Shown here piece by piece: positions 10,039 through 19,228 of a stretch of DNA of 31,438 nt. The translations under genes and the position numbers were made by a program. The first letter of the stretch is position 1. Every line of letters begins with the position of its first letter. Where the stretch lies: positions 1 through 31,438 of the IMG/VR virus record IMGVR_UViG_3300037295_000016; one strand, 5' to 3'. The notes under the pieces were generated by a model. The model did not search any database, was not told the DNA's origin, and saw only the letters and a program-made list of their open reading frames with translations. This DNA comes from a virus. Lineage: Duplodnaviria; Caudoviricetes.

Positions 10039-10419
10039 ATGAGCCCATTTGACTATTTAAACTCAATAAACTATACTAAGAAAGACTTGATGGTTGATGA
10101 TCTGGCAGAAAAATCATACAATGCGTATATCATCAATCGTTCACTGTCATACTTCTCTGATACCGTATTACTTGCTAACGAAATGAATAGGTATCATCAA
10201 CTAGACAACAAACTTCAATTTGATTTTTTAACTAACACTATTAGGAAACGTAAACGGTTTTCTAAATGGGACAAACTCATAAGTGATGATGAGTTTGAAA
10301 CCGTTAAAAGTTATTATAAATATAGTAATGAGAAAGCACGACAAGTGTTATCGTTGCTAAACCAGAATCAAATTGATGAATTGAAAAAGAGGATGTACAA
10401 AGGTGGACAATCAAAATAA
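10039..10419 (+). CDS. gp62: Clamp loader small subunit
   Basis: PFDYLNSINYTK, YIINRSLS, ANEMN, RKRKRFSKW. Confidence 0.93.
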   Translation: MSPFDYLNSINYTKKDLMVDDLAEKSYNAYIINRSLSYFSDTVLLANEMNRYHQLDNKLQFDFLTNTIRKRKRFSKWDKLISDDEFETVKSYYKYSNEKARQVLSLLNQNQIDELKKRMYKGGQSK

Positions 10420-10840
10420 CTTAGACCCAATTGACTGGGTACCAGAAATGATGTTAGAGGTAGTGCTTAATGAGCCTGATGATTTTTTAAAGATCAAAGA
10501 AACTCTGACACGAATTGGTGTAGCATCTCGTAAAGAAAACAAACTGTATCAGTCTTGTCATATTCTTCATAAACAAGGACGATACTTTATTGTACACTTT
10601 AAAGAATTGTTTTTACTTGACGGTAAACCATCAAACCTTTTAGAAAATGACATACAACGTCGTAATACTATTACTACATTGTTATCTGACTGGGGTCTAT
10701 TGACTGCTGTATCTGCAGAACGTATGGAAAATTGTGCGCCTCTTCGTCAAATTAAAGTCATATCATTTCGTGAAAAAGATGAATGGGAACTTTGTCCAAA
10801 ATATAATATTGGATCTGTTCCTTCACATCAGCCAAGATAA
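10403..10840 (+). CDS. regA: Translational repressor RegA
   Basis: DDFLKIKETLTRIGVAS, LYQSCHILHKQGRYFIVHFKELF, CPKYNIG. Confidence 0.96.
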   Translation: MDNQNNLDPIDWVPEMMLEVVLNEPDDFLKIKETLTRIGVASRKENKLYQSCHILHKQGRYFIVHFKELFLLDGKPSNLLENDIQRRNTITTLLSDWGLLTAVSAERMENCAPLRQIKVISFREKDEWELCPKYNIGSVPSHQPR

Positions 10841-11694
10841 TGTACATTCGTGGTATGCAAGGACTCGGAGATAATATCTATCAACGAGCCTTTATTAAAA
10901 ATATCAAAGAAGACGTCTATCTTGAGACACCTTGGCCGCAAATATATCAAGGCCTAGAAAATGTTAAGTATATTCGACCAAATACTAAATTAAGAACTCA
11001 GGCAAAGAATGTCTTAAAAGATGATCCTAATATTGTCTGGGAAGACATTGAACTAGACAAAGTTAAAAATGTTAAACAAATCCATTATGGTAAACCTAAA
11101 GGTTTTCGTGGAATTCCTAATGAGTTAGCAATATCATTTGGAGTCAGGGCTACACACTTTGACCTACCAGATTTTAGATCAGAATTTCCATGGATTCAAG
11201 ACCTTGGAGAATATGCATTAATCAAACCATCAACTGAACGTAAAGAATGGTTTAATTCTGCAAGGAATCCTAAGCCTGAGTACATTGCACGGTCTGCTGA
11301 AATATTAAAGGGCATGGGCATTAAAATTATCTCTATTGGAGATATAAATATGATTGACGAATGGTTAGTCAGTCCAGAACCTTATGCAGATATAAAGTTC
11401 TATGATGGTCAGTTAGGTGTAAAAGAATTGTTAGCTCTGACACAGTCTGCACGATATACAGTAGGCGGCGTTGGTTGGATTGTTCCTGCTAGTCTATGTT
11501 ATAACAATCCGGCATGGATTGTATTAGGTGGTCATGGTATGTTCAATTCGCCAGAAGCAATTATGTATCGTCAAAAGAATAGTATTGCATTTGCAATGCC
11601 AGATCAATTTTGCAGGTGTATCGATATGAAACATGACTGTAACAAGGAAATCAGTAATTATGAACGGCAGTTTACCGACTGGGTACGAAGATAA
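10840..11694 (+). CDS. Putative glycosyltransferase (GT9/heptosyltransferase-like)
   Basis: N-terminal GMQGLGDN motif, ETPWP, GT-B-like C-terminal half with terminal Cys cluster CRC...HDC. Confidence 0.55.
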   Translation: MYIRGMQGLGDNIYQRAFIKNIKEDVYLETPWPQIYQGLENVKYIRPNTKLRTQAKNVLKDDPNIVWEDIELDKVKNVKQIHYGKPKGFRGIPNELAISFGVRATHFDLPDFRSEFPWIQDLGEYALIKPSTERKEWFNSARNPKPEYIARSAEILKGMGIKIISIGDINMIDEWLVSPEPYADIKFYDGQLGVKELLALTQSARYTVGGVGWIVPASLCYNNPAWIVLGGHGMFNSPEAIMYRQKNSIAFAMPDQFCRCIDMKHDCNKEISNYERQFTDWVRR

Positions 11695-12283
11695 TTTTAT
11701 ATGGTGGCCAGAGCTTGGGATGGGTTACCATCCAGCAGAACCAATTGATTATGATGGAGACTACTGGGATAAATATTTAGAATATGATAAGTCAGACATG
11801 GGTAAGTATCTTACTCGCGCTCGTGTTAACCTAGTCAAAGAACATACTAAAACTGCAGACATAGTTGACATTGGCATTGGCGGTGGTCTATTTGTTAGTG
11901 AAATTAACTGCTATGGCTTTGATGTAAATAAACGAGCAAATAATTGGTTACATGCAACAAATAGATTCAAAAATCCATATGAGGATCGTGTACATGCAAT
12001 TACATGTTGGGACTCAATTGAACATATTCCAGATCCAACTGCTTTGCTGAACAATGTCGATAAGTGGTTCTTTGCATCAATACCATTATTTAAATCTGGA
12101 GATACTGTACAAGAATCTAAACATTATCGCCCAGGAGAACATATCTGGTACTTTACGCATAACGGTTTTATTGAATGGGCAAAGCGTCATGGGTTTGAAT
12201 TAGTCGAATGGAATGATCAAGAAACATTACTAGGCCGTGAAGATATTCGTTCATATGCCTTTAGAAGATTTCCCCTACCTTAG
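11660..12283 (+). CDS. Class I SAM-dependent methyltransferase
   Basis: IVDIGIGGG SAM motif, GFDVN, TCWDSIEHIPDP, EHIWYF. Confidence 0.8.
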   Translation: MNGSLPTGYEDNFIWWPELGMGYHPAEPIDYDGDYWDKYLEYDKSDMGKYLTRARVNLVKEHTKTADIVDIGIGGGLFVSEINCYGFDVNKRANNWLHATNRFKNPYEDRVHAITCWDSIEHIPDPTALLNNVDKWFFASIPLFKSGDTVQESKHYRPGEHIWYFTHNGFIEWAKRHGFELVEWNDQETLLGREDIRSYAFRRFPLP

Positions 12284-12295
12284 GAAACGTTTGCC

Positions 12296-12400
12296 GGCAC
12301 AACGATATGGTGTCCCTGTATTCGGTACGCAGGAAATTCGATATGCCTAATGGGTATCGTTAACTTAAACTAAAACTCGCTTAATAGGAGCATTCACACT
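12296..12400 (+). promoter_or_regulatory. Structured 5' UTR of hsp20, ROSE-like RNA thermometer
   Basis: Successive hairpins. The last, CTCGCT-TAAT-AGGAG (12376-12390), pairs UCGCU with the SD and leaves a bulged G. Confidence 0.65.
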
Positions 12401-12910
12401 ATGAATTCATTCAACACTGTAAAAGACTTTGAGAAATTCTTTATTGGCTATGATGGTTATACTAATCAATTAACCAAGTTACATCAAGACTTAACTAAAA
12501 ACGTACCAAACTATCCGCCATACAATATCAAAAAGATTGGTGAAAATACTTATACAATTGAACTAGCAGTTGCAGGGTTTAATAAACACCAACTTGAAAT
12601 TCAAATTGATGGTGACAAACTTTCAGTTCGTGGTAATGTTGATAAGTCTACACCGGCTGGTACTATGTTATATGAAGGCATTGCTAACAGAGCATTCACT
12701 CGTGCATTTGCGCTTAATGATAATGTTGTTGTCAAAAATGCTGGTTTATTCAATGGCATGTTGAAAATCATACTTGAACAAATCACTCCAGAAAAAAACA
12801 AATCATATAAGATTGATATTCAAGATGATGAGGCACAAACTGTATCTGAATTTACATCTAGTAATATTCATCGAACAGGCGAACAAGTATTTGGCCCTGG
12901 CTCTGACTAA
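12401..12910 (+). CDS. hsp20: Small heat-shock protein (Hsp20/IbpA family)
   Basis: YPPYNI, IELAVAGF, GIANRAFTRAF.L, NGMLKI.LE, I-x-I motif. Confidence 0.95.
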   Translation: MNSFNTVKDFEKFFIGYDGYTNQLTKLHQDLTKNVPNYPPYNIKKIGENTYTIELAVAGFNKHQLEIQIDGDKLSVRGNVDKSTPAGTMLYEGIANRAFTRAFALNDNVVVKNAGLFNGMLKIILEQITPEKNKSYKIDIQDDEAQTVSEFTSSNIHRTGEQVFGPGSD

Positions 12911-12928
12911 TAAGTAATACTGACATAC

Positions 12929-12950
12929 CGCGGATCAATTCTGATCCGCG
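12929..12950 (+). other. GC-rich hairpin downstream of hsp20
   Basis: Perfect 9-bp stem CGCGGATCA-ATTC-TGATCCGCG. No U-tract follows, so a terminator role is uncertain. Confidence 0.5.
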
Positions 12951-12969
12951 CCTAATCATGGAAAATATT

Positions 12970-13263
12970 ATGAGTAACATTAAATTATTTAGACTTAACT
13001 CTGGCGAAGAATTGATTGGCGCAGTGACTATCAAGGGAGATGGCGATTACTTTGTAAAAGATATTACAGTCCTAATTCCGACACAAGCTAACTCGCTTGG
13101 CCTTGCACCATTTATGCCATATTCACAAATCCCAGAAACTGGTATCACATTTAAAGAAAAAGATGTCATGTTCTTTACCGAACCAGTTGAGGAACTAGCA
13201 TCAAAGTATCGTGAAATGTATACCAAAATTGTAACACCAGCACAGAAAAAGATCATATTTTAG
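12970..13263 (+). CDS. Conserved hypothetical protein (possibly Sm-like fold) upstream of gp43
   Basis: IKLFRLNSGEELIG...LAPFMPYS pattern, which I recall from this position in T4-like phages. Confidence 0.7.
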   Translation: MSNIKLFRLNSGEELIGAVTIKGDGDYFVKDITVLIPTQANSLGLAPFMPYSQIPETGITFKEKDVMFFTEPVEELASKYREMYTKIVTPAQKKIIF

Positions 13264-13292
13264 TATACAAGTTGTAAGAACTGTGTTATAAT
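13264..13292 (+). promoter_or_regulatory. Sigma70-like promoter for gp43
   Basis: TATACA-17 nt-TATAAT with TGTGT extension. Confidence 0.65.
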
Positions 13293-13316
13293 ATTATATT
13301 GTTATGGGAGTTACTG

Positions 13317-15848
13317 ATGAACGACGGTTTTTATACTTGTGTAAATAGGTACGGCAACAACATTTTGTATCGTGGTTATGATGGTATTGGTACATCAGTT
13401 GCACGTAAGATTAAATTTTCTCCTACGCTATACCTTCAAACAAATAAACCTACTGGTTATCATTCAGTCGATGGTACTCCAGTAGAGCCACGCGAGTTTG
13501 ATACAATGCGTGATGCTAAAGACTTTATTGCTATGTATAAAGATGTAGATAATTTCAAAGTCTATGGCAACACAAACTATACCACTCAATACATTCATGA
13601 TAAGTTTCCAAATATAATTGATTCCTTCAGCCGCGAAAGAGTTAACATTGGTACAATTGATATTGAGGTCTACTCAAAAGATGGGTTTCCATTTCCTGAA
13701 GATGCAAAGTATCCTGTCATTTCCATTGCTCTAAAGCTAAGTAAAGATAACACATACTATGTCTGGGGTATGCAAGACTATGATACATCTGAGTTTGATA
13801 TTAAAGACTCAGCTATCGTATATACTAAGTGTGATGATGAAATTAAACTCTTACTTAACTTCCTAGACTTTTGGCATAGCCCTAACAATACACCAGATAT
13901 TGTTACTGGTTGGAATACTCGTCTATTTGATATACCTTATCTTGTCAATCGTATTACACGAGTGATGGGTGAAGACATGTCTAAGAAACTTTCACCGTGG
14001 GAAATTGTTAGCTATCGTCAAATTGCAATCAAAGGTAAAAAACTTGATGCGTATGAACTGTATGGTATTCAACAACTAGACTATTATGACCTGTTCCAAA
14101 AGTTTGGCGTGCTGACTTATGGCCCTCAAGAATCATATAAACTAGACCATATTGCATATGTTGTGCTTGGCGAAAACAAATTATCATATGACGAGGTATC
14201 ATCTCTACATGAACTATATGAAACTAATTTTCAGAAATTCATATCATATAACATCAAAGACGTTGAACTTGTCGATAGACTAGAAGAACAACTTGGCTGT
14301 ATTACCTTAGCAATGACAATGGCCTATCGTGGCGGTGTCAACTATACTGACGTGTTTGGTACTACTGGTATCTGGGAAAGCATCATCTATCGAGACTTAG
14401 CTTCTCGCAACATTGTTATTCCGCCAGCAAAGGATAACATTAAGGCACCTTACCCAGGCGGTTATGTCAAAGATCCACAAGTTGGTATTCATGAATGGAT
14501 TTGTTCGTTTGACTTAAACTCTCTGTATCCTAACATTATTGTTCAGTGGAATATGTCGCCTGAAACTATTTCTGATCATTATGGTCGTGGACAGTTTGAT
14601 GTCGATACTTGTTTAAATGGCAGAATGTCTGAACAAGATCCTACATATGCTACTGCGGTAAATGGAGTTCAGTTCAGAAAAGATAAGCAAGGCTTTATTC
14701 CAGATATCATTGTTAAGTATTACAATGAGCGTAAGGCTATCAAAAAGCGAATGATTAAGCTTAAGCAAGAACTTGAGACCGTTGATAGTTCTGATAAACA
14801 ACGCAGGCTAATCCTTGAGCATGAAATTATCAACCTTGATACTCAACAGATGTCCGTTAAGTTATTACTGAACTCTCTTTATGGCGCAATGGGTAATGCA
14901 TACTTCAGGTATTTTGACTTGCGTATTGCTGAAGCAATTACACTGACTGGTCAAATGGTTATTCAATGGGCAGAGCGAGCAGTCAATGCTAAGATGAATT
15001 CATTGCTTAAAACTAAAGCAATTGACTATACCGTCGCCATTGATACCGATTCCCTGTATGTTAACTTTGGCCCTCTGGTCAATAAGTTTAATCCTAAGAG
15101 CCCTGTTGACTTTCTTGATAAGGTATGTGAAGAAACATTTGGCCAGGCACTAGAAGTTTCATATGCCGAACTGTTTGATAGGTTCAACTGTTATGAAGCA
15201 CGCATGGAAATGAAACGTGAATCAATTGCAGACCGTGGTATCTGGACAGCTAAGAAGCGATATATATTGAACGTACATGACAATGAAGGTGTTCGTTATG
15301 CAGTGCCTGAACTAAAGATCATGGGTATTGAAGCAATTAAATCTTCGACTCCTTCTGTTTGCCGTGATGCTCTAAAACAATTATTCAAAGTAATCATATC
15401 AGGCTCAGAAGCAAATACACAAAAAGCAATCTCATCATTTAAAGAATACTTTTGTAGTCTGCCACCAGAGCAAGTATCGTTTCCGCGTGGCGTGTCTGAT
15501 GTCGATAAGTGGACAGACAAAAATACAATATTTAAAAGTGGTTGTCCTATTCATGTCCGTGGTGCTATTACATATAACAATGCTGTGCTATCTGCTGGTC
15601 TGAATAAACGCAATGATCTTATTCGCAACGGCGACAAAGTAAAGTTCTGTTATCTTAAGTTACCAAATACTGTTCGTCAAAATGTTATTTCATATATTGG
15701 TTACTTGCCACCTGAGTTAAAACTTCATAAGTACATTGATTATGAGACACAATTTGAAAAGGCATTCCTTAAGCCTATCTTACCTATCCTTGATGCAGTT
15801 GGCTGGCGGCATGAAAATAGTGTATCTCTTGAAGACTTTTTCTCTTGA
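13317..15848 (+). CDS. gp43: Family B DNA polymerase
   Basis: Exonuclease motifs DIEV, GWNTRLFD, YNIKDV. Polymerase motifs SFDLNSLYP, KLLLNSLYGAMGN, IDTDS, KKRY. C-terminal SLEDFFS clamp motif. SD GGAG before ATG 13317. Confidence 0.98.
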   Translation: MNDGFYTCVNRYGNNILYRGYDGIGTSVARKIKFSPTLYLQTNKPTGYHSVDGTPVEPREFDTMRDAKDFIAMYKDVDNFKVYGNTNYTTQYIHDKFPNIIDSFSRERVNIGTIDIEVYSKDGFPFPEDAKYPVISIALKLSKDNTYYVWGMQDYDTSEFDIKDSAIVYTKCDDEIKLLLNFLDFWHSPNNTPDIVTGWNTRLFDIPYLVNRITRVMGEDMSKKLSPWEIVSYRQIAIKGKKLDAYELYGIQQLDYYDLFQKFGVLTYGPQESYKLDHIAYVVLGENKLSYDEVSSLHELYETNFQKFISYNIKDVELVDRLEEQLGCITLAMTMAYRGGVNYTDVFGTTGIWESIIYRDLASRNIVIPPAKDNIKAPYPGGYVKDPQVGIHEWICSFDLNSLYPNIIVQWNMSPETISDHYGRGQFDVDTCLNGRMSEQDPTYATAVNGVQFRKDKQGFIPDIIVKYYNERKAIKKRMIKLKQELETVDSSDKQRRLILEHEIINLDTQQMSVKLLLNSLYGAMGNAYFRYFDLRIAEAITLTGQMVIQWAERAVNAKMNSLLKTKAIDYTVAIDTDSLYVNFGPLVNKFNPKSPVDFLDKVCEETFGQALEVSYAELFDRFNCYEARMEMKRESIADRGIWTAKKRYILNVHDNEGVRYAVPELKIMGIEAIKSSTPSVCRDALKQLFKVIISGSEANTQKAISSFKEYFCSLPPEQVSFPRGVSDVDKWTDKNTIFKSGCPIHVRGAITYNNAVLSAGLNKRNDLIRNGDKVKFCYLKLPNTVRQNVISYIGYLPPELKLHKYIDYETQFEKAFLKPILPILDAVGWRHENSVSLEDFFS

Positions 15849-15860
15849 TACAAATAATGG

Positions 15861-15889
15861 TTTACATTACAACGAATATGTGTTATAAT
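15861..15889 (+). promoter_or_regulatory. Sigma70-like promoter
   Basis: TTTACA-17 nt-TATAAT with TGTGT extension. Confidence 0.75.
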
Positions 15890-15911
15890 AATACTACTGG
15901 AGGAATATGTT

Positions 15912-16376
15912 ATGGATAATAATGACGTAAGCATTTATAGACTTAACTATACTAGAATCGCTGAACAACCTGAAGTGCCTTCTTCTATTCGTGCACTAGC
16001 AACAAAACTACAAGTCAACCCAATGATGAATTGTTCTGAATTCTTTAAACCATTAACTGATATGGAATTAGAAGAACTTAGAGAATTATCATTAGATCCA
16101 GCTAACCCATCAGACTATGCTGTCTTACTGACATTGATACTAACTGCTGCAGAAGGAACCTCTGCACTGACTGATGAACAATTTAATACACAAGTTGCGT
16201 TGACTTCTATTTTTATATCAACTGCTGTCTTAGATCGTAAAGGTCTAGTTGTGGCAGACTATAATAACTTTTCATATGGTGAAGAGCTTATGGGTCAAAA
16301 TATTGCAAGACCTACTAAGCGTGGTATTGAACTTTTACAACAACACCGACAACAAAAGGATAATGACAATGACTGA
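15912..16376 (+). CDS. Hypothetical protein
   Basis: 154-aa ORF with strong SD GGAGGA. Confidence 0.65.
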   Translation: MDNNDVSIYRLNYTRIAEQPEVPSSIRALATKLQVNPMMNCSEFFKPLTDMELEELRELSLDPANPSDYAVLLTLILTAAEGTSALTDEQFNTQVALTSIFISTAVLDRKGLVVADYNNFSYGEELMGQNIARPTKRGIELLQQHRQQKDNDND

Positions 16377-16794
16377 TTGGTCAAAAGATATTGCAGACAT
16401 GCATTCTAAATATGGAGTCAACAACTGGGTCTATGAAAAGTTTACAAAAGATGACCTTGAAAAGCTAACTGCATTCTTAGAGTTCCGTATGAGCTTCCTT
16501 GATGAAGAACTTGCTGAAACAAAACTTGCGGTTAAGAACAAAGATCCTGAAGAAATTGTTGATGGTCTAATTGACTTATGTGTGGTTGCTATTGGCACAC
16601 TAGATGCATTTGGTGTTAACGCAAATACTGCATGGAATTGCGTTCATGAAGCAAACATGGCAAAGACTGTCGGTGTCAAGGCATCTCGTCCTAATGTGCT
16701 TGGTCTTCCAGATTTAATTAAACCTGATGGCTGGACAGCACCGTCACATCTAGGTAATCATGGTCTCTTAACAGGATTATTTGACAAATCATAA
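16369..16794 (+). CDS. MazG-like/PRA-PH all-alpha NTP pyrophosphohydrolase
   Basis: FLDEELAET...EEIVDGLIDLCVVAIG, VHEANMAK, KPDGWTAP. SD AAGGA before ATG 16369. Confidence 0.8.
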   Translation: MTDWSKDIADMHSKYGVNNWVYEKFTKDDLEKLTAFLEFRMSFLDEELAETKLAVKNKDPEEIVDGLIDLCVVAIGTLDAFGVNANTAWNCVHEANMAKTVGVKASRPNVLGLPDLIKPDGWTAPSHLGNHGLLTGLFDKS

Positions 16795-17741
16795 TGACAT
16801 ATTCTTTAACTCTATTCAAATCTATATATGACAAGTATACTGATAAACAAATGAGCTTTACGAACTGGAATGAGTTCGAGCATCTTTTATATGGTCTTTC
16901 TGCAATCAAACGCAAATCAAAGAAAGATGCTCAACTTATTTCTCCAGCAATATATCTTGAAGATACCACACGAGCAAACAAGAATGTTATTTCATGGGCC
17001 GGGTGGGCTGCACTAGATGTCGATGACCATGTACTAAATGAAAATAATTTTCGTGATGAGCTACTAGCTAAGTATGGTTCTTATTACTTTGTATGTTATT
17101 CTACTGCATCAAGTACAATCGATAAACCAAAGTTCCGTATTGTTTTTCCATTAGCCTATTCTGTTGTTGCAGAAAACATTAGACATTTTTGGCATGCGCT
17201 GAACAGTGAATTTGGCGAAATGGGTGATAAGCAAGTTAAAGACTTTTCACGTATGTATTATATCCCTGGTGACTATGAAAACGCAAATAACTTCATATTC
17301 ACTAACTCAGGCGGCAACTTTATTGTTCCATCTGAACTAATGGCTAAACACCCGTTTGTGACAAAGCAAATGACTGGTACATCATTTATTGACAGACTAC
17401 CAGAAAGCATACAGAACGAAATTATTTCATATCGTAAAGAACAACTTACTAAAAATAATACAAAGAAATTCATTTGGTCTGGTTATCGTGACTGCCCATT
17501 TGTTTCCAGAAAACTTGTAGAAGAATACAAAGGTATTTCAGAAACTGGTTGGTATCGTACAATGTATCGGTTGATGGTATCGATAGCCGCTAATGCAATC
17601 ACGCAAGGTTATCCTATTACTGCTCATGAAATATCTGTGCTTTGTTCAGAGCTTGACATGGAAACTGGAAACTGGTATGAATCCAGACCGCTTGTTGTCG
17701 AGGCAGACCGTGCCCTTGAATTTGTCTATAAAAATAGGTAA
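16794..17741 (+). CDS. Putative primase-polymerase (AEP-like) protein
   Basis: AALDVDD (DxD), YSTASS...PKFRIVFPL, D...KDFSRMYYIP, helical C-terminal domain. Confidence 0.6.
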   Translation: MTYSLTLFKSIYDKYTDKQMSFTNWNEFEHLLYGLSAIKRKSKKDAQLISPAIYLEDTTRANKNVISWAGWAALDVDDHVLNENNFRDELLAKYGSYYFVCYSTASSTIDKPKFRIVFPLAYSVVAENIRHFWHALNSEFGEMGDKQVKDFSRMYYIPGDYENANNFIFTNSGGNFIVPSELMAKHPFVTKQMTGTSFIDRLPESIQNEIISYRKEQLTKNNTKKFIWSGYRDCPFVSRKLVEEYKGISETGWYRTMYRLMVSIAANAITQGYPITAHEISVLCSELDMETGNWYESRPLVVEADRALEFVYKNR

Positions 17742-17744
17742 TAG

Positions 17745-17798
17745 TGTTGTATTTTTGCAACAATAACTATTTACATTTGTTTGATTGTGTGTTATAAT
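17745..17798 (+). promoter_or_regulatory. Palindromic site plus sigma70-like promoter heading the modification genes
   Basis: TGTTGTATTTTTGCAACA (17745-17762), TTTACA (17770-17775), 17 nt, TATAAT (17793-17798). Confidence 0.75.
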
Positions 17799-17826
17799 AT
17801 ACTATACATATCATGGGAGTGGCAAA

Positions 17827-18183
17827 ATGCGTGAATCAATTAAAGTACTACAAGAATGCGCAGAATTACAAGATCGAAAATCAAAAGACTATCAAAATGA
17901 AAGGTCCCGTATTCGTCAGGCCGATCATTATCCTCGTGGTTGTGCAACAATTTTAGACATGGTACATCAAAAGATGACACGTATTTATTCCGTAATGGAA
18001 GGTATGGAGTATGGTGAAACTGCTAATTTTGAATCACTTGAAGACTCGGCTAAAGACGCAATCAATTACCTATCATTCTTTGTATCGTATTCGCGTGGCA
18101 AGATGGAAGGACAAGACCCAGGGCGTAACTTCTTAAACAAATTAATGGCTAAAGGGAATATGCACAATGATGACAGCGAATGA
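17827..18183 (+). CDS. Nucleotide modification-associated domain protein (Nmad1/DUF1599-like)
   Basis: KSKDY...K..R...FESLEDSAKDAINYLSF pattern; lies directly upstream of the thymidylate synthase homolog. Confidence 0.6.
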   Translation: MRESIKVLQECAELQDRKSKDYQNERSRIRQADHYPRGCATILDMVHQKMTRIYSVMEGMEYGETANFESLEDSAKDAINYLSFFVSYSRGKMEGQDPGRNFLNKLMAKGNMHNDDSE

Positions 18184-18907
18184 TATTCGTACACTCTTTG
18201 TTGAAGAATATAATAACAAAAACTTCGTACAAGATCGTTCTGGTCAAAATATGATTGAGGTATTAGGAGCATCATTTATTGCAGACGAACCTGCTATCTT
18301 TGGTACGCCTAATGAAGAATATATTAAAGCAGAACTTGATTGGTATGAATCAGAATCGACAAACATTAATGACATATATGGTGATGGTCGTGAACCGCCT
18401 GCAGCATGGAAAGCAACTGCAAATGTACATGGTGAAATCAATTCAAATTATGGTTATCTAGTATTTTCTGATAAGTTTAATAATCAATTTACACAAGTAG
18501 TAAACGAACTAACAGAAAATCCTTCAAGCCGTCGGGCATCGATGATTTATACTCGACCATCAATATGGGTTGACTATAATGATAATGGCAAGAATGATTT
18601 TATTTGTACAAATGCAGTAACATATTATATACGTGATAACCAATTACACTGCGTCGTACAAATGCGCAGCAACGATGTATGGGCTGGATACCGTAACGAT
18701 TATGCATGGCAGCGACATTTACTAGAGTGTGTATGTGATCGTTACCTAGATCTTAATATGTTTGCAGACTTAAACCCAGGCAATATTTACTGGCAAGTAC
18801 AAAACCTACATATGTACGAAAGAAATTTTTATATGTTAGATCACTTTATTAAAACTGCTGAATTTAACATTACTAAAAAAGATTACGATATTTTATATAA
18901 TATTTAA
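18167..18907 (+). CDS. gp42: dCMP hydroxymethylase-like thymidylate synthase homolog
   Basis: INSNYG, DFICTN (catalytic Cys), MRSND, YRNDYAWQ (Asp where dUMP-specific TS has Asn), LHMYE; 246 aa. Confidence 0.85.
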   Translation: MMTANDIRTLFVEEYNNKNFVQDRSGQNMIEVLGASFIADEPAIFGTPNEEYIKAELDWYESESTNINDIYGDGREPPAAWKATANVHGEINSNYGYLVFSDKFNNQFTQVVNELTENPSSRRASMIYTRPSIWVDYNDNGKNDFICTNAVTYYIRDNQLHCVVQMRSNDVWAGYRNDYAWQRHLLECVCDRYLDLNMFADLNPGNIYWQVQNLHMYERNFYMLDHFIKTAEFNITKKDYDILYNI

Positions 18908-18967
18908 AATTAAGTAGTAAGGTATGCATCAACCTATTTTAAATGATGCACTATACGGAGTTATATT

Positions 18968-19228
18968 ATGACTAAAGCAAAACGTTTATTAAGCAAACTA
19001 GAAAGCGGTTCAGCATTAACTACTGAACAAATTAAAACAAAATTTAACATTGTTAACCCATCTTCAGTTATTTGTAAGTTACGTTCAGAAGGTCACTGCA
19101 TTTATACAAACCAAACTATTCTTAAAACTGGTAAAGCCGCAGTAAAATACCAGTTAGGTACTCCATCAAAAGCAATGGTTGCAGCTGCAGCCTCTGCGGG
19201 TTTCTTTTCTACATACGCAGAACAATGA
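18968..19228 (+). CDS. Small winged-helix DNA-binding protein
   Basis: Basic 86-aa protein with LTTEQI...NPSSVICKLRSEGHCIY...YQLG pattern; SD GGAG. Confidence 0.65.
   Translation: MTKAKRLLSKLESGSALTTEQIKTKFNIVNPSSVICKLRSEGHCIYTNQTILKTGKAAVKYQLGTPSKAMVAAAASAGFFSTYAEQ

Noticed and set aside
11343-11350. TATAAATA T4 late-promoter matches (also 3484-3491)
   Set aside because: Both are inside coding regions of an AT-rich genome with no start nearby; probably chance.
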